DNA of 64,000 bases from Candidatus Shapirobacteria bacterium (lineage in GTDB: Bacteria; Patescibacteriota; Microgenomatia; UBA12405): the NCBI GenBank assembly GCA_030698565.1, contig JAUYJS010000003.1:12187-76186 (forward strand). The letters are read 5' to 3'. The position numbers were made by a program, and so were the translations under genes. This document shows positions 29,040 through 38,609 of the stretch, in pieces. The number at the start of each line of letters is the position of its first letter. Position 1 is the first letter of the stretch. The notes beneath the pieces were generated by a model. That model saw nothing but the letters and a program-made list of their open reading frames with translations, searched no databases and had not been told where the DNA came from.

Positions 29040-29707
29040 TATTTTTTTCTCCCTAAAATCTGTAACGGTTCAAATACTTCTCCTAGAATAAACAATCCGA
29101 TCAAAAAAATCAAACTGCCACTTAGGTATAAAATTGGATAGACCATATCTTCTTTGAACCAAAACAATATTAATCCCAATAAAAACATAATAATAAAATT
29201 AGCAAAAAAATAAGCAAAACCCTTTTTTCCGCTTTTATACCACACAAAAGATCGATACTTTTTCTTTACTCGACTAGTTAAAAACCAACCAAAAATTAAA
29301 GCCAGAAATAACGATACTGATTTTAAATCAAAATTACTTTTAAAAACCTCTTCCAAAAAAATCAAAGATATAAATACCATAAAACTATTGATAATATCTT
29401 CAGCTAGTGTCAATAATTTCCAACCTCTTTGATTAGCCACGAGGTAAGAAATAATCAAAAAAACTACATAACCACCAGTAAAACTTATACCAGGTTTTTG
29501 CCAAAAATTAATCCAATCATAATAATTTTCATTCCAAATTCCCCAATTCATTAGGCCAAAAATTAATCTACCACCCAAAAAAAACGCCAACATAGACAAC
29601 CAAGAATAAGATATTAAATCTTCTTCCCTATAATCTTCTCTCAAGTTCCGCCAAGTTAAATAAAGAAAAAGAATTATTCCCAATATTCGAAAAATTCCCA
29701 AAATCAT
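29039..29707 (-). CDS. Polytopic membrane protein, possibly prolipoprotein diacylglyceryl transferase-like
   Basis: The FFLGGRLIF and SFTGGYVVF motifs are loosely Lgt-like, and it lies next to lspA. It is shorter than canonical Lgt. Confidence 0.35.
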   Translation of the reverse strand: MILGIFRILGIILFLYLTWRNLREDYREEDLISYSWLSMLAFFLGGRLIFGLMNWGIWNENYYDWINFWQKPGISFTGGYVVFLIISYLVANQRGWKLLTLAEDIINSFMVFISLIFLEEVFKSNFDLKSVSLFLALIFGWFLTSRVKKKYRSFVWYKSGKKGFAYFFANFIIMFLLGLILFWFKEDMVYPILYLSGSLIFLIGLFILGEVFEPLQILGRKK

Positions 29708-29751
29708 ATATGTCTATTTTACCAAAGAAAAAAACTTCTATTGTTATTTTG

Positions 29752-29796
29752 TACCGAAGGAGGGAACCTGCCTGCCGGCAGGCAGGTCGAACCCCC
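29752..29796 (-). repeat. Duplicated 3' fragment of tRNA-Leu (T-arm plus acceptor 3' strand) with a 20-nt perfect GC palindrome inserted in the T-loop
   Basis: The minus-strand sequence is GGGGGTTCGA-[CCTGCCTGCCGGCAGGCAGG]-TTCCCTCCTTCGGTAC. The real tRNA has GGGGGTTCGATTCCCTCCTTCGGTA. Confidence 0.7.
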
Positions 29797-29807
29797 ATTG
29801 TTCTCTG

Positions 29808-29891
29808 TACCGAAGGAGGGAATCGAACCCCCACAACATTGCTGTCACACGATTTTGAGTCGTGCGCGTCTACCAATTCCGCCACTCCGGC
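29808..29891 (-). tRNA. tRNA-Leu (anticodon CAA)
   Basis: It folds by hand: acceptor GCCGGAG/CTTCGGT, D-arm GCGGAATTGGTAGACGC, anticodon stem CACGA/TCGTG with loop CTCAAAA, a long variable arm, the T-arm GGGGGTTCGATTCCCTC and discriminator A. No CCA is encoded. Confidence 0.85.
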
Positions 29892-29923
29892 ATTTTAAAA
29901 GAACTACAATTCCGCTTTTACCC

Positions 29924-29966
29924 TACCGAAGTTTTGCATTGCAAAACGTAGGTGGGCACTCCGGCA
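29924..29966 (-). repeat. tRNA-Leu-derived mini-helix (acceptor-stem halves joined by a short palindrome)
   Basis: The minus-strand sequence is GCCGGAGTGCCCACCTACG-TTTTGCAATGCAAAA-CTTCGGTA. The terminal cactccggcatttt duplicates the tRNA 5' flank exactly. Confidence 0.55.
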
Positions 29967-29995
29967 TTTTAAAAAACTTTGTTATTATCTCATTC

Positions 29996-31303
29996 CTACC
30001 CCTTCTTTTCCACATCAAAAAAGCTGACTTGTTTGCCATTAAAATACAAATTAAAATTTCCTACCGGACCATTTCTATGTTTTTCAATACTACAAGCCAC
30101 CATTTCCCGAACTTCTTCATCTTCCCGATATAAAAACATAACCACATCGGCATCCTGTTCAATACTGCCAGACTCTCTCAAATCCGACAGTCTTGGTTTA
30201 CCTCCCCTAGCCTCCATCGCCCGGGATAATTGTGCCAATGCTAAAACTGGAATCTTTAATTCTCTGGCTAAATTTTTTAAACCTTGAGAAATTTCTGAAA
30301 CTTCCTGTACCCGATTATCTCGTGTACTTCCATGCATTAACTGCAAATAATCCACTACTATAAATTTAATATCCTTATCCGCCTGCAATCTTCTAGCCTT
30401 AGTTCTCAGTTCTGTCACAGTCAAACCCGGAGTATCATCAATATACAAAGGCGCTTCGGCCAATATTCCCATAGCTTCGGATAAAGAATTAAAGTCATCA
30501 TCAGATAATTGTCCGGTTTTTAATTTCCATGCATCAATCAAACCTTGCCGGACCAAAAGTCTATCTACTAATTCCTCTTTGCTCATTTCCAAAGAAAAAA
30601 TGCATGTCGGAATTTTGTTTTCTACAGCAACATAACGGGCGATATTCAAACAGAAAGCGGTCTTACCCACACCTGGTCTAGCTGCCAAAATTATTAAATT
30701 GCTGTCCTGCATTCCAGCCAGCGTTCTATCTAACGCCGAAAAACCCGTCGCCACACCCCTAAGTCCAGTTCCCATCTTTTGCAGCTCATCTAATCTATCA
30801 AAACTAGCTGTCAAAACTTCTTTGAGCGAAGTCGGAACTGACTTTAAATGCTTTTGGGATAAAGTAAAAATTTCCTGTTCGGCTGCATCCAAAAGTTCAT
30901 CCGAAGGTAAACTATCATCAAAAGCTTTTTCAGTAATTCTGGCCGCTGCTGAAATTAACTCTCTTTTAGCTGATAAAGCTTTTATAATTCGTCCATAACT
31001 TTCCACATTCGCCGCTGTCGGTACATCGTTTGCTAATCTAGCCAAAAACGCTTTACCTCCGATTCGTTTTAATACCTTTAATTCTTTAAGTTTCTCTGAC
31101 ATCGTCACAATATCAATCGGCATTCTGTTTTCATACAGAAGCATCATTGCCTCATAAATTTTACCCAAATTATCATTATAAAATTGTTCTGGTCTCAAAA
31201 ATTCAGATACCGCCAACACCGCATCGTTATCGATTAAAATAGAACCCAAAACGCTCACTTCTGCTTGTTCAGAACTGGGCGGTAATTTCATTACATCTGC
31301 CAT
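29996..31303 (-). CDS. dnaB: Replicative DNA helicase
   Basis: It has an N-terminal DnaB domain, Walker A ARPGVGKT and a RecA-like C-terminal domain. Confidence 0.9.
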   Translation of the reverse strand: MADVMKLPPSSEQAEVSVLGSILIDNDAVLAVSEFLRPEQFYNDNLGKIYEAMMLLYENRMPIDIVTMSEKLKELKVLKRIGGKAFLARLANDVPTAANVESYGRIIKALSAKRELISAAARITEKAFDDSLPSDELLDAAEQEIFTLSQKHLKSVPTSLKEVLTASFDRLDELQKMGTGLRGVATGFSALDRTLAGMQDSNLIILAARPGVGKTAFCLNIARYVAVENKIPTCIFSLEMSKEELVDRLLVRQGLIDAWKLKTGQLSDDDFNSLSEAMGILAEAPLYIDDTPGLTVTELRTKARRLQADKDIKFIVVDYLQLMHGSTRDNRVQEVSEISQGLKNLARELKIPVLALAQLSRAMEARGGKPRLSDLRESGSIEQDADVVMFLYREDEEVREMVACSIEKHRNGPVGNFNLYFNGKQVSFFDVEKKG

Positions 31304-31308
31304 ATATA

Positions 31309-31887
31309 TTATATATTTTTTAACAGAACGACTTCCATTCCATCAGGTAAATTATCTTTTTCTATTTTAAGACTTTCAATTGGTTCTAAACTTTCCTGAT
31401 CAGTTATATCCAAGAATTTTGTTAAATCTTCTTTTTCATTATCATAACCCATAGGTAAAAGATAATTAACCCCCCACTTTTTAGCCCATTCCAACAGTAA
31501 CTTTCCACCAACTTTATCATTCTTTTTTATAGAAGTTATCAACACATCTCCCGCATTAACTCTATCCACTTTTTTATCAGTTAAAGCTTCTTTTAAATCT
31601 CCCATAACACAGACTGTAATTCCATCCATATTTACGACATAAACCGGCTCTCCACCACCACCGTTTATTCCTAAAACCTCTACTCCCCCAACTTCATATT
31701 CTCCTGGACCTCTTATAATTACCTTTTCATTATCCAAACCCAACTCATCAAAACTTTCATCAGTAAAAATGATAACCCTTGATTGATATTTATTAGTATT
31801 TAACAACTCTTTGCTTGGATTAATTAGAATATTTTCCTTTTTTCCCTTTAAAAATATTGTTTGGTCGCCTATTTTTCTTATTTCCAT
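31309..31887 (-). CDS. MBL-fold metallo-hydrolase-like protein (COG2220-like)
   Basis: The call rests on size and fold-family pattern only and is weak. Confidence 0.35.
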   Translation of the reverse strand: MEIRKIGDQTIFLKGKKENILINPSKELLNTNKYQSRVIIFTDESFDELGLDNEKVIIRGPGEYEVGGVEVLGINGGGGEPVYVVNMDGITVCVMGDLKEALTDKKVDRVNAGDVLITSIKKNDKVGGKLLLEWAKKWGVNYLLPMGYDNEKEDLTKFLDITDQESLEPIESLKIEKDNLPDGMEVVLLKNI

Positions 31888-31942
31888 ATATCCTCATTTT
31901 ATCACTCAATTTGGCAAATTTGTGGTATGATCTAGGATAGAA

Positions 31943-32419
31943 ATGATCAAGGAACTGCTTTTAGCCATCGCTTTAGGAGCCTTTTTGGGCTTTGGTATTA
32001 CTGGAGGTTTTTTTGCGTTAAATAAAAATAAAACCACAACCGTAGCCTATAGTGAATTAATCAGTCCAACTCCAATACAAGAGCAATCAAATACCACAAC
32101 CAACAATACTATCAATGCGACTGATTCAACCTTAAAAAATACTACAAGTAATTCATTAATTACAATTACTTCTCCCGAAAATCAATCTGTAGTTACTAAT
32201 TCCAAAGTTACTATCAACGGCTCTGTTACTCCAAAAAGCATTGTTATTATTAGTACTACTAGAAAAGATTACAACACAATCGCTAATGATAATGGTGAAT
32301 TTAGTCAAGACATCGAGTTAGATAGTGGTGCTAATTTAATTAATATTTCCTCTGTTGACTCTCAGGATAATCAAGCTGAAACCAAAATTCTTATTACTTA
32401 TTCCACTGCAAAAATTTAA
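31943..32419 (+). CDS. Secreted/anchored protein with a bacterial Ig-like segment
   Basis: It has an N-terminal hydrophobic segment, a Thr/Asn-rich linker and ITSPENQSVVTNSKVTINGSV. Confidence 0.3.
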   Translation: MIKELLLAIALGAFLGFGITGGFFALNKNKTTTVAYSELISPTPIQEQSNTTTNNTINATDSTLKNTTSNSLITITSPENQSVVTNSKVTINGSVTPKSIVIISTTRKDYNTIANDNGEFSQDIELDSGANLINISSVDSQDNQAETKILITYSTAKI

Positions 32420-33136
32420 ATGATTATATTTCTTTTATTTTTGTTTTCCTTACTAACTCCTCCTCAAATTTTAGCAGTTGAACCAACAGCTGAACCCACA
32501 AAAACAACTAATGTGGATGAAATTAAAAAAATTAGAGAAGCCGTTCAAAAAAAGGTCCAAGAAAAACTTCAACAAATAGTAACCCCTTCCCAATCAGTTA
32601 AATCATCAATTGGCACTATAACCGACATAAAAGATAATCAAATTAGTTTGGAATACCAAAATTCTCCACAGCAAATTTTAGTTTCTGATGAAACAATTTA
32701 TATTGATACTAAAAGAAATAAAACAAAACTCGAAAATTTAAAAGCTGGCCAAGAAATTCTTGCTCTTGGTTATGTCAATACCGAAAATATTTTAGAAACC
32801 AAGAGAATAGTTTTTACTGATCTAAAAACTCTAGACAATAAAAAACAAGTGGTTATAGGCAAAATTGTAGACATCTCAACTTTATATTCCACCACCCCTA
32901 TTTTTACTTTAATTTCTATTAATGATAAAAATAACCAATACCAAATTAAAACAGATCAAAATACCCAAATTGAAGATAAAAGTGGTCAAAAAATAAAAAA
33001 ATTAGCATCTGGTCAAAAAATAATAGTGATTCTACAGCCAGACAAAAAAGTAAACAATACATTTTACGCTTCAAAAATCATTCAACTAGATACAGAGACT
33101 CCTTCCCCTACACCAACAAAAAAAGAAAATAATTAG
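32420..33136 (+). CDS. Secreted hypothetical protein
   Basis: It has a signal-peptide-like N-terminus. It is co-directional and contiguous with the 31943 gene. Confidence 0.3.
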   Translation: MIIFLLFLFSLLTPPQILAVEPTAEPTKTTNVDEIKKIREAVQKKVQEKLQQIVTPSQSVKSSIGTITDIKDNQISLEYQNSPQQILVSDETIYIDTKRNKTKLENLKAGQEILALGYVNTENILETKRIVFTDLKTLDNKKQVVIGKIVDISTLYSTTPIFTLISINDKNNQYQIKTDQNTQIEDKSGQKIKKLASGQKIIVILQPDKKVNNTFYASKIIQLDTETPSPTPTKKENN

Positions 33137-33160
33137 TATAATATTGTGCCCTTAATACTT

Positions 33161-33238
33161 GGTGGTATTAGCTCAATTGGTTAGAGCGCAGCTCTGTGAA
33201 AGCTGAGGTTGCCGGTTCAAGTCCGGTATACCACCCCA
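33161..33238 (+). tRNA. tRNA-His (anticodon GTG) with encoded G-1 and 3' CCA
   Basis: An extra 5' G pairs with discriminator C73. The acceptor is GTGGTAT/ATACCAC, the anticodon stem is CAGCT/AGCTG with loop CTGTGAA, and the T-arm is GCCGGTTCAAGTCCGGT. Confidence 0.85.
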
Positions 33239-33315
33239 GACCGGATACCCTTATCCAGAAACGAAGAAATTGATTGATATATAGGATTAATAGTGTGGTT
33301 CAATGATAGATCGGG

Positions 33316-34389
33316 TTAATATTTATTTATTATTTTTTTGTATCGTGTCGTTGATCCTTGACCAATCCGTTCTATCATCTTTAATTCCAACAGCTTATTT
33401 ATCACCTGATTAATAGTCGGTCTGGGTACACCTGTTTTCTGCGATATTTCTCTCGGTGTAGTTTGGTCAACATTTTTCATATAATTCCACACGATAAGTT
33501 GTTGTGGCGAAAGTATTGTTTCAATGTTTGTTTGAGTAAGTAATTGAATGGCCATTTGAGATTGTGTCAGTAATATATCTAAAAAGAAATTAACCCAAGG
33601 TGACATATCAATGTGTTTAGTTCTTAAAGTCTTTTGACTTTTACGAAGGGCTAAATAATATTCTGGTTTATTATCTTCAATCAACTTTTCGTGTGATACA
33701 TAAGGCATATAGGCATAACCAAACTTAAGTAATAGAAGATTGGTTAATATTCTTGATAATCTGCCGTTTCCATCCTCAAACGGATGGATATTGAGAAATT
33801 CGACAAGAAAATTAGCGATCACTAGAAGTGGATGATATTTATTTTGTTCTAAGGCATTTTTAGTCCAATCTACAAGTTCAGACATTTCCTTGGGTGTTAA
33901 AAAGGCCTTGGTGGTTTCAAAAAGAACCTCGATTGGTTTACCTTTATCATCTATCATTACTACTGTATTTTCTTTTTTCTTATATTCACCCCGATGTAAG
34001 ACATCTTTTCCAACATATTTTAATAACTCTTTATGAAAATGTTTAATGATATTTTCATTAAATACCAATGACTCCCAAGAATTAAAGACATTTTGAAGTA
34101 ACTCATAATAACCCTGAACTTCCTGTTCATCTCGATTACTAAATTTTTGAATAGATATACCCCGAATCATTTTTTCAATCTCTTCATCAGACAATTTTGA
34201 TCCTTCAATACGAGTGGAAGCCCCAGTTGAAGTGACTAATACTGATTGTTTTAATCGACCTAAAATTTGAGGACTAAGTTTAGTACTCCCTTCCCAGTTT
34301 CCCTTAATAGACTCAATTTGGGTAATTTTTAACCAAATGTCAGAAGAAATATTTTCTAATCGAAAATCGAATTTATTATTCATATACAT
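33316..34389 (-). CDS. Fic/DOC family protein (second paralog) with a C-terminal HTH-like domain
   Basis: It carries the Fic motif HPFEDGNGRLSRIL. It lies directly 3' of tRNA-His. Confidence 0.8.
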   Translation of the reverse strand: MYMNNKFDFRLENISSDIWLKITQIESIKGNWEGSTKLSPQILGRLKQSVLVTSTGASTRIEGSKLSDEEIEKMIRGISIQKFSNRDEQEVQGYYELLQNVFNSWESLVFNENIIKHFHKELLKYVGKDVLHRGEYKKKENTVVMIDDKGKPIEVLFETTKAFLTPKEMSELVDWTKNALEQNKYHPLLVIANFLVEFLNIHPFEDGNGRLSRILTNLLLLKFGYAYMPYVSHEKLIEDNKPEYYLALRKSQKTLRTKHIDMSPWVNFFLDILLTQSQMAIQLLTQTNIETILSPQQLIVWNYMKNVDQTTPREISQKTGVPRPTINQVINKLLELKMIERIGQGSTTRYKKIINKY

Positions 34390-34440
34390 AAGATTATATA
34401 AGGTTATATAAGATCTGTCAAGAACCTATACCTCTCATGT

Positions 34441-35262
34441 TTAAAAGAGAGTATTAATTAGAAGCGGTTCAAACTGAGAACGGTCTCTTACCCCCAAAAT
34501 AATTTGAGACACTTCTTTCGCCTCTCCAAGTTTAACCATGCTTTCTTCACTCCCAAAATATCCTTCTCCCCCAATAGCTGGTTCCATACAGCAATAATTC
34601 AAATCATAAATTCCATTATTACTAGCAGCCCAGAACCTGGCGTTCGATAGCCCATTTTGTTTTAACAAAATTTTTCCTAGTCCTGGAATTTCAATTTCAT
34701 TCTCTTCCCTAATTCCTCCATTAATAAAAGTATCTTTCTTAATTAAATCAGCCACAGTTTTTCCGTTCCATTTTACATTTTCCCAACCTTCTGGTGTATT
34801 CCAATAATTATGAATAGCCACATTAACCAGTGCTTCATGGTCTCCTGTATTCTCTACTCTTACTTTCTGTTCAAAATAATTACCAAGAAAAAAAATTTGT
34901 ACTATTTTTAAACTCGTCGGGTACGATCCCATACCCTCACCGCCTTTTTCTAAGATACAACTAATTTTGATAAAATCAGTTCCTATATCTTCGACTTTCC
35001 ATTCCATTTTCCTACATGGACCGTGAGCCACTAAGCCATATTCTCCGCCCTCAATACTAAAATTAGGACAACAAACATGAGTACTCCCTTCTTTTCCATC
35101 TGCTCTTAAAAAAATTCCTAATATTTTTTTATCGTCTAATTTTAATTCCCTAATTCTCCCCCCATTCAAATCAATCTCTAATTGATTTTTACCACCCTCA
35201 CTTTCTATTTTTATTATATTTTTTGTATCAACTTTTTTAATTAAATTTGAATTTTCAATCAT
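34441..35262 (-). CDS. Aldose 1-epimerase-family protein (hexose-6-phosphate mutarotase-like)
   Basis: LVAHGPCR and CCMEPAIG segments resemble the aldose-epimerase fold. The assignment is moderate. Confidence 0.45.
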   Translation of the reverse strand: MIENSNLIKKVDTKNIIKIESEGGKNQLEIDLNGGRIRELKLDDKKILGIFLRADGKEGSTHVCCPNFSIEGGEYGLVAHGPCRKMEWKVEDIGTDFIKISCILEKGGEGMGSYPTSLKIVQIFFLGNYFEQKVRVENTGDHEALVNVAIHNYWNTPEGWENVKWNGKTVADLIKKDTFINGGIREENEIEIPGLGKILLKQNGLSNARFWAASNNGIYDLNYCCMEPAIGGEGYFGSEESMVKLGEAKEVSQIILGVRDRSQFEPLLINTLF

Positions 35263-35333
35263 AACAATTTATAGCACAACTATCTGTTTTTAAAATATAT
35301 TCTATAAAAATTTATAAATGTTAAAATCTAACT

Positions 35334-36581
35334 ATGAATTCAACTAAAATTAAGCCTCAAACCCTCAAAGGCTTCCGTGATTTTTTACCGGAAACTATGA
35401 TTGTCAGAAATTATGTCAAAAATATTTTAATAGAAGTTTTTGAAACTTTTGGTTTTCAACCAGTTGAGACTCCCACATTAGAATATGCCAGTACATTAAT
35501 GGGTAAATACGGCGAAGAAGCCGATAAGCTAGTTTATTCTTTTAAGGACGCCGGAGATCGACAAGTCGGTCTTAGATACGATTTAACTGTTCCCACTGCA
35601 AAAGTTTTATCCATTTATCAAAATCAAATTTCACTACCTTTTAAGCGTTATCAAATACAACCAGTGTATCGAGCCGATAAACCTCAAAGGGGTCGTTACC
35701 GCGAATTCCTTCAATGCGATGTTGATATTTTTGGACCAGAATCCCCTATTAATGATGCCGAAATAATTGCCCTCACTTATACCATTTTAGAAAAATTAAA
35801 TTTCAAAAAATATTCCATTAGAATAAATAGCCGCCAAGTTCTTTATCAAATTTTAGACAATGCCGGTATTAAAAATAACCAAAAATCTGCTTTGCAAAGT
35901 CTCGATAAATACCAAAAAATTGGCGAAGATGGAGTAAAAAATGATCTCATATCTAAAGATATCGATTCTACTAAAATCGATAAATTATTTGACTATATCA
36001 AAAAGGCTCAGCCAGATGATTATTTAAAATCAGTTTTTGAAAAAATTAAAGAATTTGGAGTCCCAAAATCGGCTTATATTTTTGATCCAACCATGATTCG
36101 AGGTCTGGATTATTACACCAGTACTATTTTTGAAACTTACGTCACTGAACCAAAAATGGGTTCTATTACTGGTGGTGGTCGTTATGACAATTTAATTAGT
36201 TCCCTGGGTGGTCCTCAAACTCCAGCCGTTGGTACAACAATCGGTCTAGATAGAATTGTTGATTGTATTTTAGAACTTAATTTATTACCTGAGTTAAACA
36301 AAACTACTACCAAAGTTTTGGTTGCTAATTTTGGAGTGGAAACCGAAAAAGAATCAATTAATCTTTTAAATCAACTCCGCAACAACGATATTGCCTCTAC
36401 TTTTTATCCTACTCCAGACAAAATCGGTAAACAAATTAAATACGCTGATTCTTTGAGTATTCCTTATGTTGCCATGATCGGTACTGACGAGATTAAAAAT
36501 AGTTTAATTACTCTAAAAAATCTTAAAACTACGGAACAAAAATTAATCTCGCTAGAAGAATTATTAAAATTTCTGCTATAA
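35334..36581 (+). CDS. hisS: Histidyl-tRNA synthetase
   Basis: It has class II motifs: [17 protein letters not shown] and GGGRYDNL. Confidence 0.9.
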   Translation: MNSTKIKPQTLKGFRDFLPETMIVRNYVKNILIEVFETFGFQPVETPTLEYASTLMGKYGEEADKLVYSFKDAGDRQVGLRYDLTVPTAKVLSIYQNQISLPFKRYQIQPVYRADKPQRGRYREFLQCDVDIFGPESPINDAEIIALTYTILEKLNFKKYSIRINSRQVLYQILDNAGIKNNQKSALQSLDKYQKIGEDGVKNDLISKDIDSTKIDKLFDYIKKAQPDDYLKSVFEKIKEFGVPKSAYIFDPTMIRGLDYYTSTIFETYVTEPKMGSITGGGRYDNLISSLGGPQTPAVGTTIGLDRIVDCILELNLLPELNKTTTKVLVANFGVETEKESINLLNQLRNNDIASTFYPTPDKIGKQIKYADSLSIPYVAMIGTDEIKNSLITLKNLKTTEQKLISLEELLKFLL

Positions 36582-36589
36582 TATCCCCT

Positions 36590-36832
36590 ATGAAACAAGG
36601 AATTCATCCAAAATATTTTGATAATTGTCAAGTCACCTGCACTTGTGGTAATACTTTTACCACTGGGTCAACAATTGAAAAAATAGAAGTTGATGTCTGC
36701 TCTCAATGCCATCCTTTCTTTACTGGACAACAAAAATTTGTCGATATCAAAGGTAGAATTGATAAATTTAATGAAAAATTAGCCAAAGGTAAAGTCTACG
36801 CCGCGGCTAAAAAAACAAAAAAATCTAATTAG
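36590..36832 (+). CDS. rpmE: 50S ribosomal protein L31
   Basis: It has MKQGIHPKY and a CxxC...CxxC zinc ribbon. Confidence 0.85.
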   Translation: MKQGIHPKYFDNCQVTCTCGNTFTTGSTIEKIEVDVCSQCHPFFTGQQKFVDIKGRIDKFNEKLAKGKVYAAAKKTKKSN

Positions 36833-36847
36833 CTACTAAACACGTCA

Positions 36848-37609
36848 TTGCGATCTCGATTTATCGAGAGAAGCAATCTCTCTATGCCAACACTCAACCC
36901 TAACATCGCTATTCTCGAATTTTATCCCGGTCCCGGTGGCCAAGAGGCCACTATTTGGGCTGGTGATCTAATAAATATGTATACCCGCTATGCTACTAAA
37001 GTCGGCTGGAAAGTAAGTTTAATTGATGAACATATTATGAAAATAACCGGGTTTGATGTTTTCAATCAGTTAAAACATGAAACCGGTACTCATCGGGTCC
37101 AAAGAATCCCTATAACCGAAAAACGCGGCCGAATTCAAACTTCCACCGCTTCTATTGCCATCATGCCTCAAATCGATTCCAAAGAAGTTAATTTTAGGAT
37201 GGAAGATGTTACCATCACTGCTTGTCGAGCTGGTGGCAATGGCGGCCAAAATGTTAATAAGGTTTCTACTGCCGTTCACTTAGTTCATAAACCAACTGGT
37301 TTAATGTTTGATGTTAGAACCGAACGTTCCCAGCAACAAAATCGAGAAATTGCCATTGATCTTCTTAAGAATAAACTTTGGCAAATAGAAGAAGAAAAGC
37401 GCCAATCCGAAGTCTCTTCTGGTCGTTCCAATATTAGTCAATCAACCCGCGCCGACAAAATCCGTACTTACAATTATCCCAGAAATCAGGTCAAAGACCA
37501 CCGCATTGACGTATCATTCAACAATTTAGATAAAATCATGCAAGGCGAGTTAGATGATCTTTTATTAGAATTAACTATTCTCCCTTCTCCATCTTCACAC
37601 TCAAACTAA
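36848..37609 (+). CDS. prfA: Class I peptide chain release factor, RF1-type (PxT-like PIT motif, GGQ), lacking N-terminal domain 1
   Basis: It has [25 protein letters not shown] and [17 protein letters not shown]. The likely ATG is at 36884. Only about 15 nt separate it from rpmE, so there is no room for domain 1. Confidence 0.7.
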   Translation: MRSRFIERSNLSMPTLNPNIAILEFYPGPGGQEATIWAGDLINMYTRYATKVGWKVSLIDEHIMKITGFDVFNQLKHETGTHRVQRIPITEKRGRIQTSTASIAIMPQIDSKEVNFRMEDVTITACRAGGNGGQNVNKVSTAVHLVHKPTGLMFDVRTERSQQQNREIAIDLLKNKLWQIEEEKRQSEVSSGRSNISQSTRADKIRTYNYPRNQVKDHRIDVSFNNLDKIMQGELDDLLLELTILPSPSSHSN

Positions 37610-38609
37610 TTTCCTGTTTATTTCTCCAAACTTTAAAGTTCACGTCGTCTCCTATTTTCATTTTATTTATGAATGCGACCAACGAACCATCTTTTTCATC
37701 ACTTATTTTTTTATCATTTATTTCAGTAATAATATCATCCATCTTAATGCCACCTTTATCAGCTGAGCTGCCAGATACCACATTCTGAACATATGCTCCC
37801 TGTGGCACATCGTTCAACAAAGCTGCTTGTTTAGAAATTAATTTATAAGCTACCCCCAAAAACGCCCTATCAAATTCCCCTGTCGTCTTAAAATTATCAA
37901 TTGATTCTTTAACCAAGCTAATCGGCAAGGCAAAACCAATATTCTGACCACTTTGAGACGTGGCCACATTTACCCCGATTACGTTTCCGGAAGAATCCAA
38001 CAATGGTCCACCTGAATTACCGGGATTTATAGCCGCATCAGTCTGAATTACATTATCTAGTTTTTCTAATCCTTCGATCGGTGAACCAGCTTCTATTCCA
38101 CGACCCAAGCCCGATATCACCCCAGTGGTCACTGTTGACCTAAATTCTCCCAATGCTGTTCCAATAGCAATTACTGTTTGCCCTACTTTTAATTTATCGG
38201 AATTACCTAGTTTTATTGGAGTTAAATTATTTTTGTTTACTTTTAATATGGCTAAATCAGCCACAGGGTCACGGTAAATTGCCTCGACATTTTCCACGTC
38301 ATCTTTACCAATTACCACTTTATATTTTGCCGTTGTATCAACCACCACATGCTTATTGGTTACAATCAACCCATCAGCGCTAATAATAAACCCAGTACCA
38401 ATATCCTGTTCAATTTTTTGAGTGCTATCACTAAATGTGTTTGATTTGCTTATTGATACTGTAACTACACTAGACGAAGCCTGTTCTACTACTCTTGTTA
38501 TAACCGTTTCTTCATTTACTACTACTTCCTTATTAGGTATTCTCATTACCACCCCAGTCGACACCACTATTATCATCCCCAAGAACAGACCTATTAAAAG
38601 ATTCTTCAT
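37575..38609 (-). CDS. htrA: HtrA/DegP-family serine protease with a PDZ domain
   Basis: [17 protein letters not shown] contains the catalytic His. [18 protein letters not shown] contains the catalytic Ser. There is a C-terminal PDZ domain. Confidence 0.8.
   Translation of the reverse strand: MKNLLIGLFLGMIIVVSTGVVMRIPNKEVVVNEETVITRVVEQASSSVVTVSISKSNTFSDSTQKIEQDIGTGFIISADGLIVTNKHVVVDTTAKYKVVIGKDDVENVEAIYRDPVADLAILKVNKNNLTPIKLGNSDKLKVGQTVIAIGTALGEFRSTVTTGVISGLGRGIEAGSPIEGLEKLDNVIQTDAAINPGNSGGPLLDSSGNVIGVNVATSQSGQNIGFALPISLVKESIDNFKTTGEFDRAFLGVAYKLISKQAALLNDVPQGAYVQNVVSGSSADKGGIKMDDIITEINDKKISDEKDGSLVAFINKMKIGDDVNFKVWRNKQEISLSVKMEKGE

Noticed and set aside
29628-30133. Several overlapping ORFs (29628..29885-, 29710..29898+, 29741..30133+)
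   Set aside because: They overlap the hand-folded tRNA-Leu and its derived fragments. They are low-complexity translations of the tRNA region.
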